From an uncultured Acidobacteriota bacterium (GTDB lineage Bacteria > Acidobacteriota > Thermoanaerobaculia > UBA5066 > Gp7-AA6), in NCBI GenBank assembly GCA_963736455.1, contig CAVTON010000002.1:96257-160256 (forward strand): 64,000 bases of DNA. Reading direction: 5' to 3'. Shown here in pieces: positions 22,081 through 31,163 of the stretch; position 1 is the stretch's first letter, and every line of letters starts with the position of its first letter. The notes under the pieces were generated by a model. The model did not search any database, was not told the DNA's origin, and saw only the letters and a program-made list of their open reading frames with translations. The position numbers were made by a program, and so were the translations under genes.

Positions 22081-22893
22081 GTGATCGATCCGGACATTCT
22101 GGCGGCCTCGGGCTCCCTCGAGCGGCAGCTGCTCGACGAGATCGACCTCGCGAAGCTGCCGCGGCACATCGCGATCATCATGGACGGCAACGGCCGCTGG
22201 GCGAAGCAACGGGGCTCCCCGCGCGTCGAGGGGCATCGCGCCGGCATCGCGTCGGTGCGGGAAGCCGTCGAGACCTGCGCTCGCCTCGAGCTCGACGCGC
22301 TCACGCTGTACGCCTTCTCGGTCGAGAATTGGAAGCGCCCGCGCTTCGAGATCGTGACGCTCATGTCGCTCCTGAAGGAGTTTCTCGCCAAGGAGCTCAG
22401 CAACCTCCTGAAGAACGACATTCGCTTCCGCGTCGTGGGCCGCATGAACGAGCTCGATCCATCCGTCCAGAAGGCGCTGGCCCAGGGCCTCGCCGCGACG
22501 TCCTCGTGCCGCGGCATGACCTTCAACATCGCCCTGAACTACGGGGGACGGACCGAGATCGTGGATGCCTGCCGCTCGCTCGCCAACGACGTGGTCTCCG
22601 GACGGCTGACGCCCGAGCAGATCGACGAGGAGACGCTGGGCTCGCGCCTGGGGACGGCCGGAACGCCGGATCCGGATCTGCTGATCCGCACGAGCGGCGA
22701 GATGCGGGTCTCGAACTTCCTTCTGTGGCAGATTGCGTACAGCGAGATCTGGGTCACTCCGACGCTCTGGCCCGACTTCCGCAAGCGGCATCTCTTCGAG
22801 GCCATCCTCGACTTCCAGAAGCGGGAGCGCCGCTACGGCGGCGTCATCAACGAGGGGCGCCCCGCCGACGGCAAGGCCGAGGCTCAGGGCTGA
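22081..22893 (+). CDS. uppS: Undecaprenyl diphosphate synthase
   Basis: HIAIIMDGNGRWA, FSVENWKRP, PDLLIRTSGEMRVSNFLLWQ. Confidence 0.97.
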   Translation: MIDPDILAASGSLERQLLDEIDLAKLPRHIAIIMDGNGRWAKQRGSPRVEGHRAGIASVREAVETCARLELDALTLYAFSVENWKRPRFEIVTLMSLLKEFLAKELSNLLKNDIRFRVVGRMNELDPSVQKALAQGLAATSSCRGMTFNIALNYGGRTEIVDACRSLANDVVSGRLTPEQIDEETLGSRLGTAGTPDPDLLIRTSGEMRVSNFLLWQIAYSEIWVTPTLWPDFRKRHLFEAILDFQKRERRYGGVINEGRPADGKAEAQG

Positions 22894-22921
22894 TGTCCGC
22901 CGACGGGGCTCGAGCCTTCGC

Positions 22922-23776
22922 GTGGCGCTAGGCACGCGCGAGCTCGCGGCGGCGGTCGCGATTCCGATCGTTCTCGCGGCGCTCTTCCTGGCTCCCGCGC
23001 TCGTGTTCAACGCGCTCGTGGCTGTCGTCGCCCTCGGCGCGCTCTGGGAGTTCTATCGGATGGCCGAAAAGGCCGGCCATCCCGTCGCCAGGACGCTCGG
23101 CATCGTCTACGGCGGGCTCGTCCTCGGCGCCGCCGCCATCCTCTGGGGGCCGCTGCGCTTTCTCACGCTTTCCGGCGCGGTCGTCGAGGTCGTCGAGCAC
23201 CAGCGGCCCGGCGGCTGGTACGGGCTCGCGCTTCTCGGAATCGGACTGGCCGCGGCTGCGCCGTTGCTCGCGCGCGTGCCTCCGGCGCTCGCACTCTCGG
23301 GCGCGGCCTCGACCGTGTTCGGGGTCGTCTCGATCGCCCTGCCCGCGACGAGCCTCTGTTACCTGCGCAGCCAGTCGCCCCGCGCGGTGCTGTTCCTGCT
23401 CCTGCTCGTGTGGGTCTGCGACTCGGCGGCCTATTACTGCGGGCGGAGGTTCGGGACGCATCCCCTGGCGCCCGTCGTCTCGCCGAAGAAGACCTGGGAG
23501 GGCTCGATCGCCGGCCTCGCCGCGGCCACGGTCTTCGGAGCCGCGGCCGGGACCTGGTGGTTCGTGCCGGACCTCGGGCCCTGGCACGGAGCCCTCGCGG
23601 GCGCGCTCGCCTCCAGCGCGGGCCAGATCGGCGACCTGGTCGAGTCCCTCTGGAAGCGGGGAGCGGGCGTGAAAGATTCCGGAGTATTTCTGCCGGGCCA
23701 CGGCGGCTTCTTCGATCGGGTCGACTCCCTGCTCTTTGCCGGCCCGGTGGTCGCCGCATTCCTGGCCTGGGGTTAG
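22922..23776 (+). CDS. cdsA: Phosphatidate cytidylyltransferase
   Basis: SPKKTWEG, GDLVESLWKR, KDSGVFLPGHGGFFDRVDS. Confidence 0.95.
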   Translation: MALGTRELAAAVAIPIVLAALFLAPALVFNALVAVVALGALWEFYRMAEKAGHPVARTLGIVYGGLVLGAAAILWGPLRFLTLSGAVVEVVEHQRPGGWYGLALLGIGLAAAAPLLARVPPALALSGAASTVFGVVSIALPATSLCYLRSQSPRAVLFLLLLVWVCDSAAYYCGRRFGTHPLAPVVSPKKTWEGSIAGLAAATVFGAAAGTWWFVPDLGPWHGALAGALASSAGQIGDLVESLWKRGAGVKDSGVFLPGHGGFFDRVDSLLFAGPVVAAFLAWG

Positions 23777-23829
23777 GGCGTCGAGACAGACCGGCCGGGC
23801 GTTTCGGCCCCCCGGCGGGATGGCCCCAA

Positions 23830-23835
23830 TATAAT
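23830..23835 (+). promoter_or_regulatory. Probable -10 box for dxr
   Basis: Perfect TATAAT 12 nt upstream of the dxr ATG in very GC-rich DNA. Confidence 0.5.
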
Positions 23836-23847
23836 GTTGCGCTGCGC

Positions 23848-25029
23848 ATGAAATCCCTCTCGATCCTCGGGTCGACCGGCTCGATCGGCTGCTCGGCCCT
23901 GGACGTCGCGGCCGCGATGCCGGACCGCTTCCGGGTCGTCGCCCTCGCGGCCGGGCGCTCGATCGAGAAGCTCGCCGAGCAGGCGGTCCGGTTCCGACCG
24001 CGGCTGATCGCGATCGACCGCCCGGAGGACGTCTCGAGGCTCGAGCGCCTGCTGCCGGCCGGACTCGGCTGCCGGATCGTGTCCGGGCGGGAAGGCCTCG
24101 ACGAAGCCGCCCGCCATCCCGACGTCGACACGGTCGTCGGAGGCCTGGTCGGCGCCCTGGGGCTGAAGTCCGCCCATGCCGCCGTCAGCGCCGGCAAGCG
24201 GCTCGCGCTCGCCAACAAGGAGCCGCTCGTCGTCGCCGGCGAGTTGATCCTGGCGGAGGCGAAACGCAGCGGCGCCGAGCTCGTGCCGGTCGACTCCGAG
24301 CACAGCGCGATCCACCAGGCCCTGCGATCGGGCCGCGCGGGCGAAGTGCAGCGCATCGTCCTGACGGCATCGGGCGGGCCGTTTCGCGAACGGCGGCTCG
24401 ACACGTTCGACGCGATCACGGTAGACGACGCGCTCGCGCATCCGACCTGGAAGATGGGTCCGAAGATCACGATCGACTCGGCCACCATGATGAACAAGGG
24501 CCTCGAGGTCATCGAGGCTCACTTCCTCTTCGGGCTGCCCGGCGAACGGATCGACGCCGTGATCCATCCGCAGTCGCTGATCCATTCCTTCGTCGAGTTC
24601 GTGGACGGTTCGCTCGTCGCGCAGCTCGCGAGAAACGACATGAAGTTCCCGATCGTCTACGCGCTCTCCTATCCCGAGCGGCTCCCCAATGCGTTCGGGC
24701 GGCTGGATCTCGTCGCGCTGTCGCGGCTCGATTTCTTCGAGCTCGATCCGCGCCGCTACCCGGCGATCGGCCTCGCGCGGCAGGCCCTGGCTGCGGCCGG
24801 CGCCATGCCGGCCGTCCTGAACGCCTCGAACGAGATCGCCGTGGCCGCCTTCCTGGAGGGGAAGATTTCGTTCCCCGACATCGTTAGCGTCGTGTCCGGA
24901 ACCATGGAAACGACCGGCCGAAAGCCCGCTCCCGGAAGCCTCGAGGAGGCGGAGGACGTCGATCGCGCGGCCCGCGAGACGGCCTCGGCGCTCGTGCGCC
25001 GCCGCGCGGCGCCGGTCGCCGCCCGCTAA
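23848..25029 (+). CDS. dxr: 1-deoxy-D-xylulose 5-phosphate reductoisomerase
   Basis: LGSTGSIG, ALANKE, PVDSEH, HPTWKMGPKITIDSATMMNKGLE. Confidence 0.97.
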   Translation: MKSLSILGSTGSIGCSALDVAAAMPDRFRVVALAAGRSIEKLAEQAVRFRPRLIAIDRPEDVSRLERLLPAGLGCRIVSGREGLDEAARHPDVDTVVGGLVGALGLKSAHAAVSAGKRLALANKEPLVVAGELILAEAKRSGAELVPVDSEHSAIHQALRSGRAGEVQRIVLTASGGPFRERRLDTFDAITVDDALAHPTWKMGPKITIDSATMMNKGLEVIEAHFLFGLPGERIDAVIHPQSLIHSFVEFVDGSLVAQLARNDMKFPIVYALSYPERLPNAFGRLDLVALSRLDFFELDPRRYPAIGLARQALAAAGAMPAVLNASNEIAVAAFLEGKISFPDIVSVVSGTMETTGRKPAPGSLEEAEDVDRAARETASALVRRRAAPVAAR

Positions 25030-25052
25030 ATCTTCGCCCGAAGGAGTCCTCG

Positions 25053-26417
25053 TTGACGATCCTCAGCAACACGCTCGCACTCATCGTCGTCCTGTCGGTC
25101 CTGGTCGTCGCCCACGAGTTCGGTCACTTCGCCGTCGCCAAGTTCTTCCGATTCCCGGTCGAGGTGTTCTCGGTCGGATTCGGCAAGCGCCTGTTCGGCA
25201 AGACCTTTCGGGGGACCGACTACCGCGTGTCCGCCATTCCTCTCGGCGGCTACGTCCGCGTCGTCGGCCTCGGCCCCGACGAGTCGACCCTCGCCGAGGG
25301 CACTTCGCAGGAGGCTCCGCCAGTCGGGAAACGGTGGCAGCGCAGCATCGTTCTCCTGGCCGGTCCGGGAATGAACGTCGTCCTGGCGATCCTCCTTCAC
25401 ACGGCGGTCTTCGTCGTCGGCGTGAAAGTGCCCGCGTACGAGCTCGAGCCTCCCGTCATCAAGATCGTCGAACCGGACTCTCCGGGAGCCTCGGCCGGAT
25501 TCCTCCCCGGCGACCGGGTCCGAACCATCAACGGCACGGAGACGCCGCGCTGGCGCGACGTTCTCTTCATCTTCGGCATGAGCGCCCGCGAGAAGCTGGA
25601 CGTCGGGGTGGATCGCGGCGGGCAGAAGATCTCGCTGCAGGTCGTCCCGCGGCCGAACACGAAGTACGACCTCGGCTACGTCGGCCTCCTGCCCGATTTC
25701 GGCACGAGCGTGCGGCCGCGCGTGGGCTCCGTCGTCTCGGGGTCTCCCGCGCAGGCGGCCGGCCTGAAGGCGGGCGACGTGATTCTCTCGGTGGCCGGTC
25801 ACCCGATCCAGGGCGCGCCGGACCAGATCTTCACGAGCTTCGTCGCGGCCGTGACGGGAGCGGCTCCGGGCCCGTTCGCGGTCGAGTACTCGCGCGGCGG
25901 CCGCGTTGCCACGACGATGGTCAAGCCGCGCCACGACCCCGACGGCTCGTGGAAGGTCGGGGTCCAGGTCGGCGCCGATCTCCCCGAGGTCCTCGAGCGT
26001 TTTCCGGTCAGGCAGGCCTTCGTCGAAGGGTGGAGGCGGGTCGAGACGGATTTCACGATGACGCTTTCGATCCTCGGACGCCTCTTCCGGGGGCGGGCGA
26101 GCATGAAATCCATGTCCGGGCCGCTCGACATCGCCAAGTTTTCGGGCGAAGCCGCGCGCGAGGGCGCAATACCGCTGGTCGCGCTGATGGCGGCGATCTC
26201 GCTCCAGCTCGGCATCTTCAACCTTCTGCCCATACCCGTGCTCGACGGCGGACACCTCTTCCTGCTCGGCGTCGAGAGCGTGGCCCGTCGCGACTTTTCG
26301 CTCCGCGTCAAGGAGCGCATTCTCCAGGTCGGCTTCGTGATGATCCTCGCCCTGCTCGCCGTCGTGCTCTACAACGATCTCGCGAAGAACATCCCGTCGA
26401 ACTGGTGGCCGTTCTAG
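25053..26417 (+). CDS. rseP: RIP metalloprotease RseP with two PDZ domains
   Basis: HEFGH, AGPGMN, NLLPIPVLDGG. Confidence 0.95.
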   Translation: MTILSNTLALIVVLSVLVVAHEFGHFAVAKFFRFPVEVFSVGFGKRLFGKTFRGTDYRVSAIPLGGYVRVVGLGPDESTLAEGTSQEAPPVGKRWQRSIVLLAGPGMNVVLAILLHTAVFVVGVKVPAYELEPPVIKIVEPDSPGASAGFLPGDRVRTINGTETPRWRDVLFIFGMSAREKLDVGVDRGGQKISLQVVPRPNTKYDLGYVGLLPDFGTSVRPRVGSVVSGSPAQAAGLKAGDVILSVAGHPIQGAPDQIFTSFVAAVTGAAPGPFAVEYSRGGRVATTMVKPRHDPDGSWKVGVQVGADLPEVLERFPVRQAFVEGWRRVETDFTMTLSILGRLFRGRASMKSMSGPLDIAKFSGEAAREGAIPLVALMAAISLQLGIFNLLPIPVLDGGHLFLLGVESVARRDFSLRVKERILQVGFVMILALLAVVLYNDLAKNIPSNWWPF

Positions 26418-26427
26418 GCCGTCGCCT

Positions 26428-26538
26428 CCGCTTCGTTCGGGGCCTGCGTCGCGGCGGCGCGTAGCGCCGCGCGGCGCACCGCCGGGCGGCTCGCGCAAAG
26501 GCGCTCGACCGCCCGGCTGGCCCCTCACTGCGCTGCGG
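26428..26538. repeat. Nested palindromic (REP/MITE-like) intergenic element
   Basis: GGGGCC...GGCCCC encloses two hairpins (GCGGCGC-GTA-GCGCCGC and GCCGGGCGG...CCGCCCGGC). Confidence 0.5.
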
Positions 26539-26568
26539 CTCCCGCGGTGTGAGCCTCCACCCTCGCGC

Positions 26569-26691
26569 CGCTCGGGTGACTTCTCACGCCGCGAGCTGGT
26601 GGAAGATCGCGTCTAGTCGAGCCGTCTTACACCCTCTCCCGGCGGGGCACGCTTGAATGTGATCGCTCGGGAGACTTCTCACGCCGCGAGC
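26569..26691. repeat. 28-bp direct repeat, two copies (26569-26596 and 26664-26691)
   Basis: CGCTCGGG(T/A)GACTTCTCACGCCGCGAGC, one mismatch, 67 bp between copies. Confidence 0.85.
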
Positions 26692-26804
26692 CATTTGAAG
26701 AGTTCGGCGTGACGAGCCACTTTCTTACCCCTCGCCCCCGCTTCCTCCATCGGGACTGCATTCACGGCTCCCGCTAGAATCGGCGGAGAGATGCCCGGCA
26801 AACG

Positions 26805-29156
26805 ATGGCTCTGATCGGGCTGTGGCTGACGTACGCGGCCTCGGCGGGCGCGGCGTTGTGGCTCGCACGGCGGTACGCGGCGACCTTTTCGCGGGCCGCG
26901 GGTCTCCTGATCGCGCTTCTCCCGCTCGTCTTCACGGGCCGCGCCGTCCTGACGGGTCAGCTCTACGGTCCGGCCGACCTGTATTTCGCCGGCGATCCCT
27001 GGAAACGGCTCGCCGAGGCCCCGACCGTCGGCGCGCCGCGCAATCCAATCCTCTCGGACCTCGCGTTCGCGAACCTGCCCTGGAGGGCCGCGGTGCGCGA
27101 GGCGGTCGCGAACGGACGCGCCCCTCTCTGGAACCGCTACGTCCTCGGCGGCACGCCCCTGCTCGGGGCCGCGCAGGCCGGCGTCTTTCACCCGTCGACG
27201 GCCCTCGGTCTTTGGCTTCCGCTCGCCCTGTCCTGGACCTTCTCGTGTACGTTCACGCTCTTTCTCGCGCTGCTCTCGGCATTCGTCTTCTTCCGGGACC
27301 ACGACCTCGGCGAGCCGGCGGCGCTCGTGGGCGCGGCGGCCTGGGGCTTCTCGACCTACCTCCTCTTCTGGAACGGCTGGAGCGTCGGCCCGTCGACGGC
27401 CGCCTTTCCGTTGCTCGTCCTCGGGTTGAGGCGCCTCGCGCGGGAGCCCGGCCGCGGAGGCCTCGCCCTGACGGTGGCGGCGCTGTGCCTGTCGCTCTTC
27501 GGCGGACATCCGGAGTCGTTCTTTCACTCGTCGGCGGCCGGCGCGGCGTATTTCCTGTGGGAGCTCGCCGGACGCCCGCGCACCGCCGCCCGGGCGATCG
27601 GAGGCGCCGTCGGGGCCGGCCTACTGGCATTGCTCCTCTGCGGACCCCAGCTCTTCCCGCTGCTCGAGGTGCTCCCGCACACGGCGGAATATCGGGCGAG
27701 GCAACGGTCGCTCGAAAGCGGCGCCGCGCGCCAGTCGGTGGCGCTTCGCGAGTCCGCGGCCCGCCTCCTGCCGGACGTCCTGCCGTTCGCGCATGGAATC
27801 TACGGCCGAAGCCGGGTCGAGGACCGCGACGACGGCTCGGGCATGCCTCTCGGGTATGCCGGGGCCGTTCTCTTTCCGCTCGCCGCCCTCTCCTTCGGCG
27901 CCGCGCGCCCCCGCCGCGGACGAATGATGTTTCTCGCCTTCTATCTCGCCGGCCTCGCGTACGGAGCCAGCGCGCCGGGCGTCATGGACCTGACCTCGCG
28001 CGTGCCCGGGTTTGCGCTCGCCCTGAACTATCGGCTCGTGTTTCTCGCCGGGTTCGGCCTGGCCGGCCTGGCCGCGCTGGGAACCGAGGCCCTGGCCGAG
28101 CCCGGAGCGGGGCGCCGGCTGGCGATCGCGTCGGCGGCCGCCGCCGTGCTTCTGGCCGGCCTCGTCGCGGTGGCGCGCCCGGTGTTCGCCTCGCGAGGCC
28201 TGGAGCCCGCGTTCGTCCGAGGGGAGTCACTCGCGGAGATCCTGCCGCTGGCGCTTCTCGCGCTCGCCGCGGCGGCGTCGCGTCGGCGGCCCGCGGCCGT
28301 GGCGAACGCCGCGCTCGCGTTGCTGGTCGTGCAGAGGTTCCTCGAGATGCGCGGCGTCTATCCCACGCTTCCCGCGAGCGCACTCGCGCCATCGCTGCCC
28401 ACGCTCGGCGCCCTGCCTCTCGGAAGCGAGCCGGCGCGAATCGTCGCCACGGCGGACGTGTTCCGTCCCAACGCGGCGGCGCTCTACCGGATCGAGGACG
28501 TGAGGGGCTACGAATCCGTGATCCTCGACCGTTTCGCCGACACTCTGGCGCTCTGGTCGAAGGCGCAGCCAGCCTCGTTCAACCGCGTGGACGACCTCTC
28601 GGCTCCGCTGCTGCGCTTCCTGAACGCGCGCTACGCACTGGGCTCGCCCGATGAACCCGTACCGGCGGGCTGGCTCGAGCAGGCTCGCGGACCGGAGCTC
28701 GCCGTCTTCGCGAACCCTCGGGCGCTGGCCCGGGCATTCGTGCCGCGGACGCTCCGGACGGCGCGCGATCCGATCTCGGCCATGTCATCGGTTGCCGACT
28801 TCGGGGAAACGGCGATCCTCGACGGCGACGACGGAGCGCCGCGGCGAAACGGCGAGGCCGCCTTGCGAGTCCGCGAGACCGGACCCGACCTCGTCGTGTC
28901 GGTCGCGGCGGCGTCCCGCGCGCTGGTCGTCACCTCGATTCCCGACTGGCCGGGATGGGTCGCCGCTTCCGGCGGGGAGCCGATTCCGACGATCACGGTC
29001 AACCACGCCTTCGTCGGATTCTGGTCCGAGCCGGGCACGCGCACGGTGCGTCTCGAATATCGGCCGCGATCCTGGCCGATCGGTGAAGCCGGATTCTTCG
29101 CCGGCCTCGCCCTCGCGGCCATCCTCGCGCTCCGGGCGCGCCATGCGCCCCCCTGA
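26805..29156 (+). CDS. YfhO-family polytopic membrane protein (GT-C fold glycosyltransferase)
   Basis: PLWNRYVLGGTPLL, GGHPE, EDVRGY, C-terminal PDWPGW...VNHAFVG...LEYRP. Confidence 0.85.
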   Translation: MALIGLWLTYAASAGAALWLARRYAATFSRAAGLLIALLPLVFTGRAVLTGQLYGPADLYFAGDPWKRLAEAPTVGAPRNPILSDLAFANLPWRAAVREAVANGRAPLWNRYVLGGTPLLGAAQAGVFHPSTALGLWLPLALSWTFSCTFTLFLALLSAFVFFRDHDLGEPAALVGAAAWGFSTYLLFWNGWSVGPSTAAFPLLVLGLRRLAREPGRGGLALTVAALCLSLFGGHPESFFHSSAAGAAYFLWELAGRPRTAARAIGGAVGAGLLALLLCGPQLFPLLEVLPHTAEYRARQRSLESGAARQSVALRESAARLLPDVLPFAHGIYGRSRVEDRDDGSGMPLGYAGAVLFPLAALSFGAARPRRGRMMFLAFYLAGLAYGASAPGVMDLTSRVPGFALALNYRLVFLAGFGLAGLAALGTEALAEPGAGRRLAIASAAAAVLLAGLVAVARPVFASRGLEPAFVRGESLAEILPLALLALAAAASRRRPAAVANAALALLVVQRFLEMRGVYPTLPASALAPSLPTLGALPLGSEPARIVATADVFRPNAAALYRIEDVRGYESVILDRFADTLALWSKAQPASFNRVDDLSAPLLRFLNARYALGSPDEPVPAGWLEQARGPELAVFANPRALARAFVPRTLRTARDPISAMSSVADFGETAILDGDDGAPRRNGEAALRVRETGPDLVVSVAAASRALVVTSIPDWPGWVAASGGEPIPTITVNHAFVGFWSEPGTRTVRLEYRPRSWPIGEAGFFAGLALAAILALRARHAPP

Positions 29157-29194
29157 GCCCGACGACGTCGCCGCGACCTTCGTAAGAGAGGTGG

Positions 29195-29833
29195 ATGGGC
29201 AACGTGGCCGCGGGGGTCCTCGGCATGATCCTGGCCGCCGCGGGCGTCTACCTGCTCTGCCGGCATCTCTCCTGCGCGCCCCTGCCCGCCGGTCTCGGCG
29301 CCGCCGCCTGGGCTTTCTCCCAGCCGCTGCTCGCCCCGGGGTCGAGCCCGGCCGGTCTTTCCGGGATCGGGTCCTCGTGCCTCATTCCCTTCGCCGTGGC
29401 GGGCGCGTTCTCGCGCGAGAAGCGTCGCTGGCCTTTCCTCGTTCTCGCGCTGGTTTGCGTTCTCGCCCGCTGGCGGGCCGGGACCGCCGCCGCCGCCGGG
29501 ACCTCCGCCCTCGAGGCGTTCGTGATCGCCGTGCTCGCGGCGATCGGCGCTCAGCGTCTTTGGGACGGGGAGGCGGGCTTCGCCTTCGGTCTTGGCGCGG
29601 CCGGGGTCCTCGCGCTCGCGGTTCTGGGCGCGTCAAATCCGGGACCGGCCGTGCTCGTCGAGGCTCTGCCCGCCGCGGCGGCGCTCGTTGTGTGCGCGGC
29701 ATTGCCGAGAGAAGTTCGCGCGCGTGCGGGCCTCGCCCTGCTCATGGCGATCTTCGGAGCTCAGCGGCTGGGCGAGCTCACGTTCGATGCGCCGCCGCGA
29801 TCCTCCGTCATTCCGGCGGAGGCGCGCCGGTAG
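29195..29833 (+). CDS. Membrane protein; shortened paralog of the upstream YfhO protein
   Basis: GAGG RBS. Collinear matches to the TM segments of 26805..29156. Confidence 0.7.
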   Translation: MGNVAAGVLGMILAAAGVYLLCRHLSCAPLPAGLGAAAWAFSQPLLAPGSSPAGLSGIGSSCLIPFAVAGAFSREKRRWPFLVLALVCVLARWRAGTAAAAGTSALEAFVIAVLAAIGAQRLWDGEAGFAFGLGAAGVLALAVLGASNPGPAVLVEALPAAAALVVCAALPREVRARAGLALLMAIFGAQRLGELTFDAPPRSSVIPAEARR

Positions 29834-31163
29834 AGGCACGCCGCCCGGCGGCGCCGAAGGCGGCCAGGCCCCCGGCGAGGATCCAGGCCGAGAGCGCCGG
29901 CTGCGACACGCGCGGCGTCGTCCAGCCGATTCGCTCCGTGGGATCGCCGGCATCGTGCATGTAGTCGAAGACGAGGAAGCCGAGTAGTCCGACGGTCAGG
30001 GCCAGAGCGGGCAGCAGGCGGCGCCACGAGGGCCGCGAAACCGCGAGGAACGCCAGCGGCACCACCCACGCGACATATGCCGTGCCCGCACTGAGGTTCT
30101 TCAGCTCGCCGCCGACGATCGTCGGCAGCGCTCCCATGCGCAGCGCAAAGGCCCCGGCGCCGTGAGATCGGTAGCCGACCGGGAGGCCCATGCGCCATTG
30201 GAAGAGAAACCAGCCGGCGAGGGCGGCCGCGGCCGGCGCCATCAGCCGGGCCGTGCGCGCCCCCGGGCGGGCTCGGCCTTCGAGCACGTCCCGCGCCGCC
30301 GCTCCGGCGACGATCACGGCGGCGGCGACCGTACCCTCGACTTTCGTGAGCACTGCGCCCGCGAGCATCATTGCGGGAAGCAGGCGACCTTCGTCATCCT
30401 CCCTCTCGACGAGGAGGGCCGCGACCGCGATCGTCTCGAAGAAGATCAGGGGCGCTTCGGCGTTCCCGCCGGAGATCGAGAAGGCCAGAGATGCCGCGAG
30501 GGCCGCGGTCCAGAACGCGACCACCCCCGCCGCCTCATCGGCGTCGAGGCGCCGCCGCAGGAGACGGTACAGGAGCGGCACCGCGGCGGCGAGCCAGAAG
30601 AGCGAGGTCGCCGGAGCGGCCCGCCACGAGAGTTTGCCTGCCGCCAGGGCTTCCCAGGCCTGGACGACCGGGACGAGCGGCGGGTAGTCCGGAACCGCGT
30701 GGAAGAAAAACCGGTAGCGCAGCAGCTCCGGGCTCAGGGACCTCGAGTCGGCGAAGCGGGCAGCCTTGGCGCCCCAGAAGTAGAGAAAATCGACCGAGGT
30801 CGCGCCGCCCGTGACCAGAGTCCATCCGAGCAGCAGGAGCGACGTTCCCGCGATTGCCGCGGACGCCCATCCCGCGGCGCGCGAAGGGGGTTCGACGGGC
30901 TCCAACGCCGCTTCGCGCCGCGACCAGAGAAGTCCGAGGAGCAGAGACAACGCGACCGGAGGGGCGGCCAGCGCGGGCACGCTCCACGCCACTCCGCCGA
31001 GCGTCAACAGCATCGCCGTCGCCGTGAGGAAGACGGCGCCGAAGCCGAGCGCCGCGCCGGCGCGCGCTCCCAGGCCGGCGCCGCGGACCGAGGGATGAAA
31101 GGCCGCGCCGAAGCCCAGGAGGGGCACCGCCAGCCACGCTGCCAGAAAGCGGAAGGCCGTCAC
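29808..31163 (-). CDS. Polytopic membrane protein, putative GT-C glycosyltransferase
   Basis: DFLYFWGAKA, DYPPLVP, GNAEAPL, TKVEG. GTG start overlaps the upstream stop. Confidence 0.78.
   Translation of the reverse strand: MTAFRFLAAWLAVPLLGFGAAFHPSVRGAGLGARAGAALGFGAVFLTATAMLLTLGGVAWSVPALAAPPVALSLLLGLLWSRREAALEPVEPPSRAAGWASAAIAGTSLLLLGWTLVTGGATSVDFLYFWGAKAARFADSRSLSPELLRYRFFFHAVPDYPPLVPVVQAWEALAAGKLSWRAAPATSLFWLAAAVPLLYRLLRRRLDADEAAGVVAFWTAALAASLAFSISGGNAEAPLIFFETIAVAALLVEREDDEGRLLPAMMLAGAVLTKVEGTVAAAVIVAGAAARDVLEGRARPGARTARLMAPAAAALAGWFLFQWRMGLPVGYRSHGAGAFALRMGALPTIVGGELKNLSAGTAYVAWVVPLAFLAVSRPSWRRLLPALALTVGLLGFLVFDYMHDAGDPTERIGWTTPRVSQPALSAWILAGGLAAFGAAGRRASTGAPPPE

Noticed and set aside
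26597-26625. Minus-strand GGCTCGACT...TCCACCA resembling a tRNA/tmRNA 3' end, near ...LAA* codons
   Set aside because: The T-stem does not pair, there is no acceptor stem or 5' half, and the geometry does not fit tmRNA.
26569-26691. Possible mini-CRISPR
   Set aside because: Only two repeats, a 67-bp spacer that is too long, no cas genes and no AT-rich leader.
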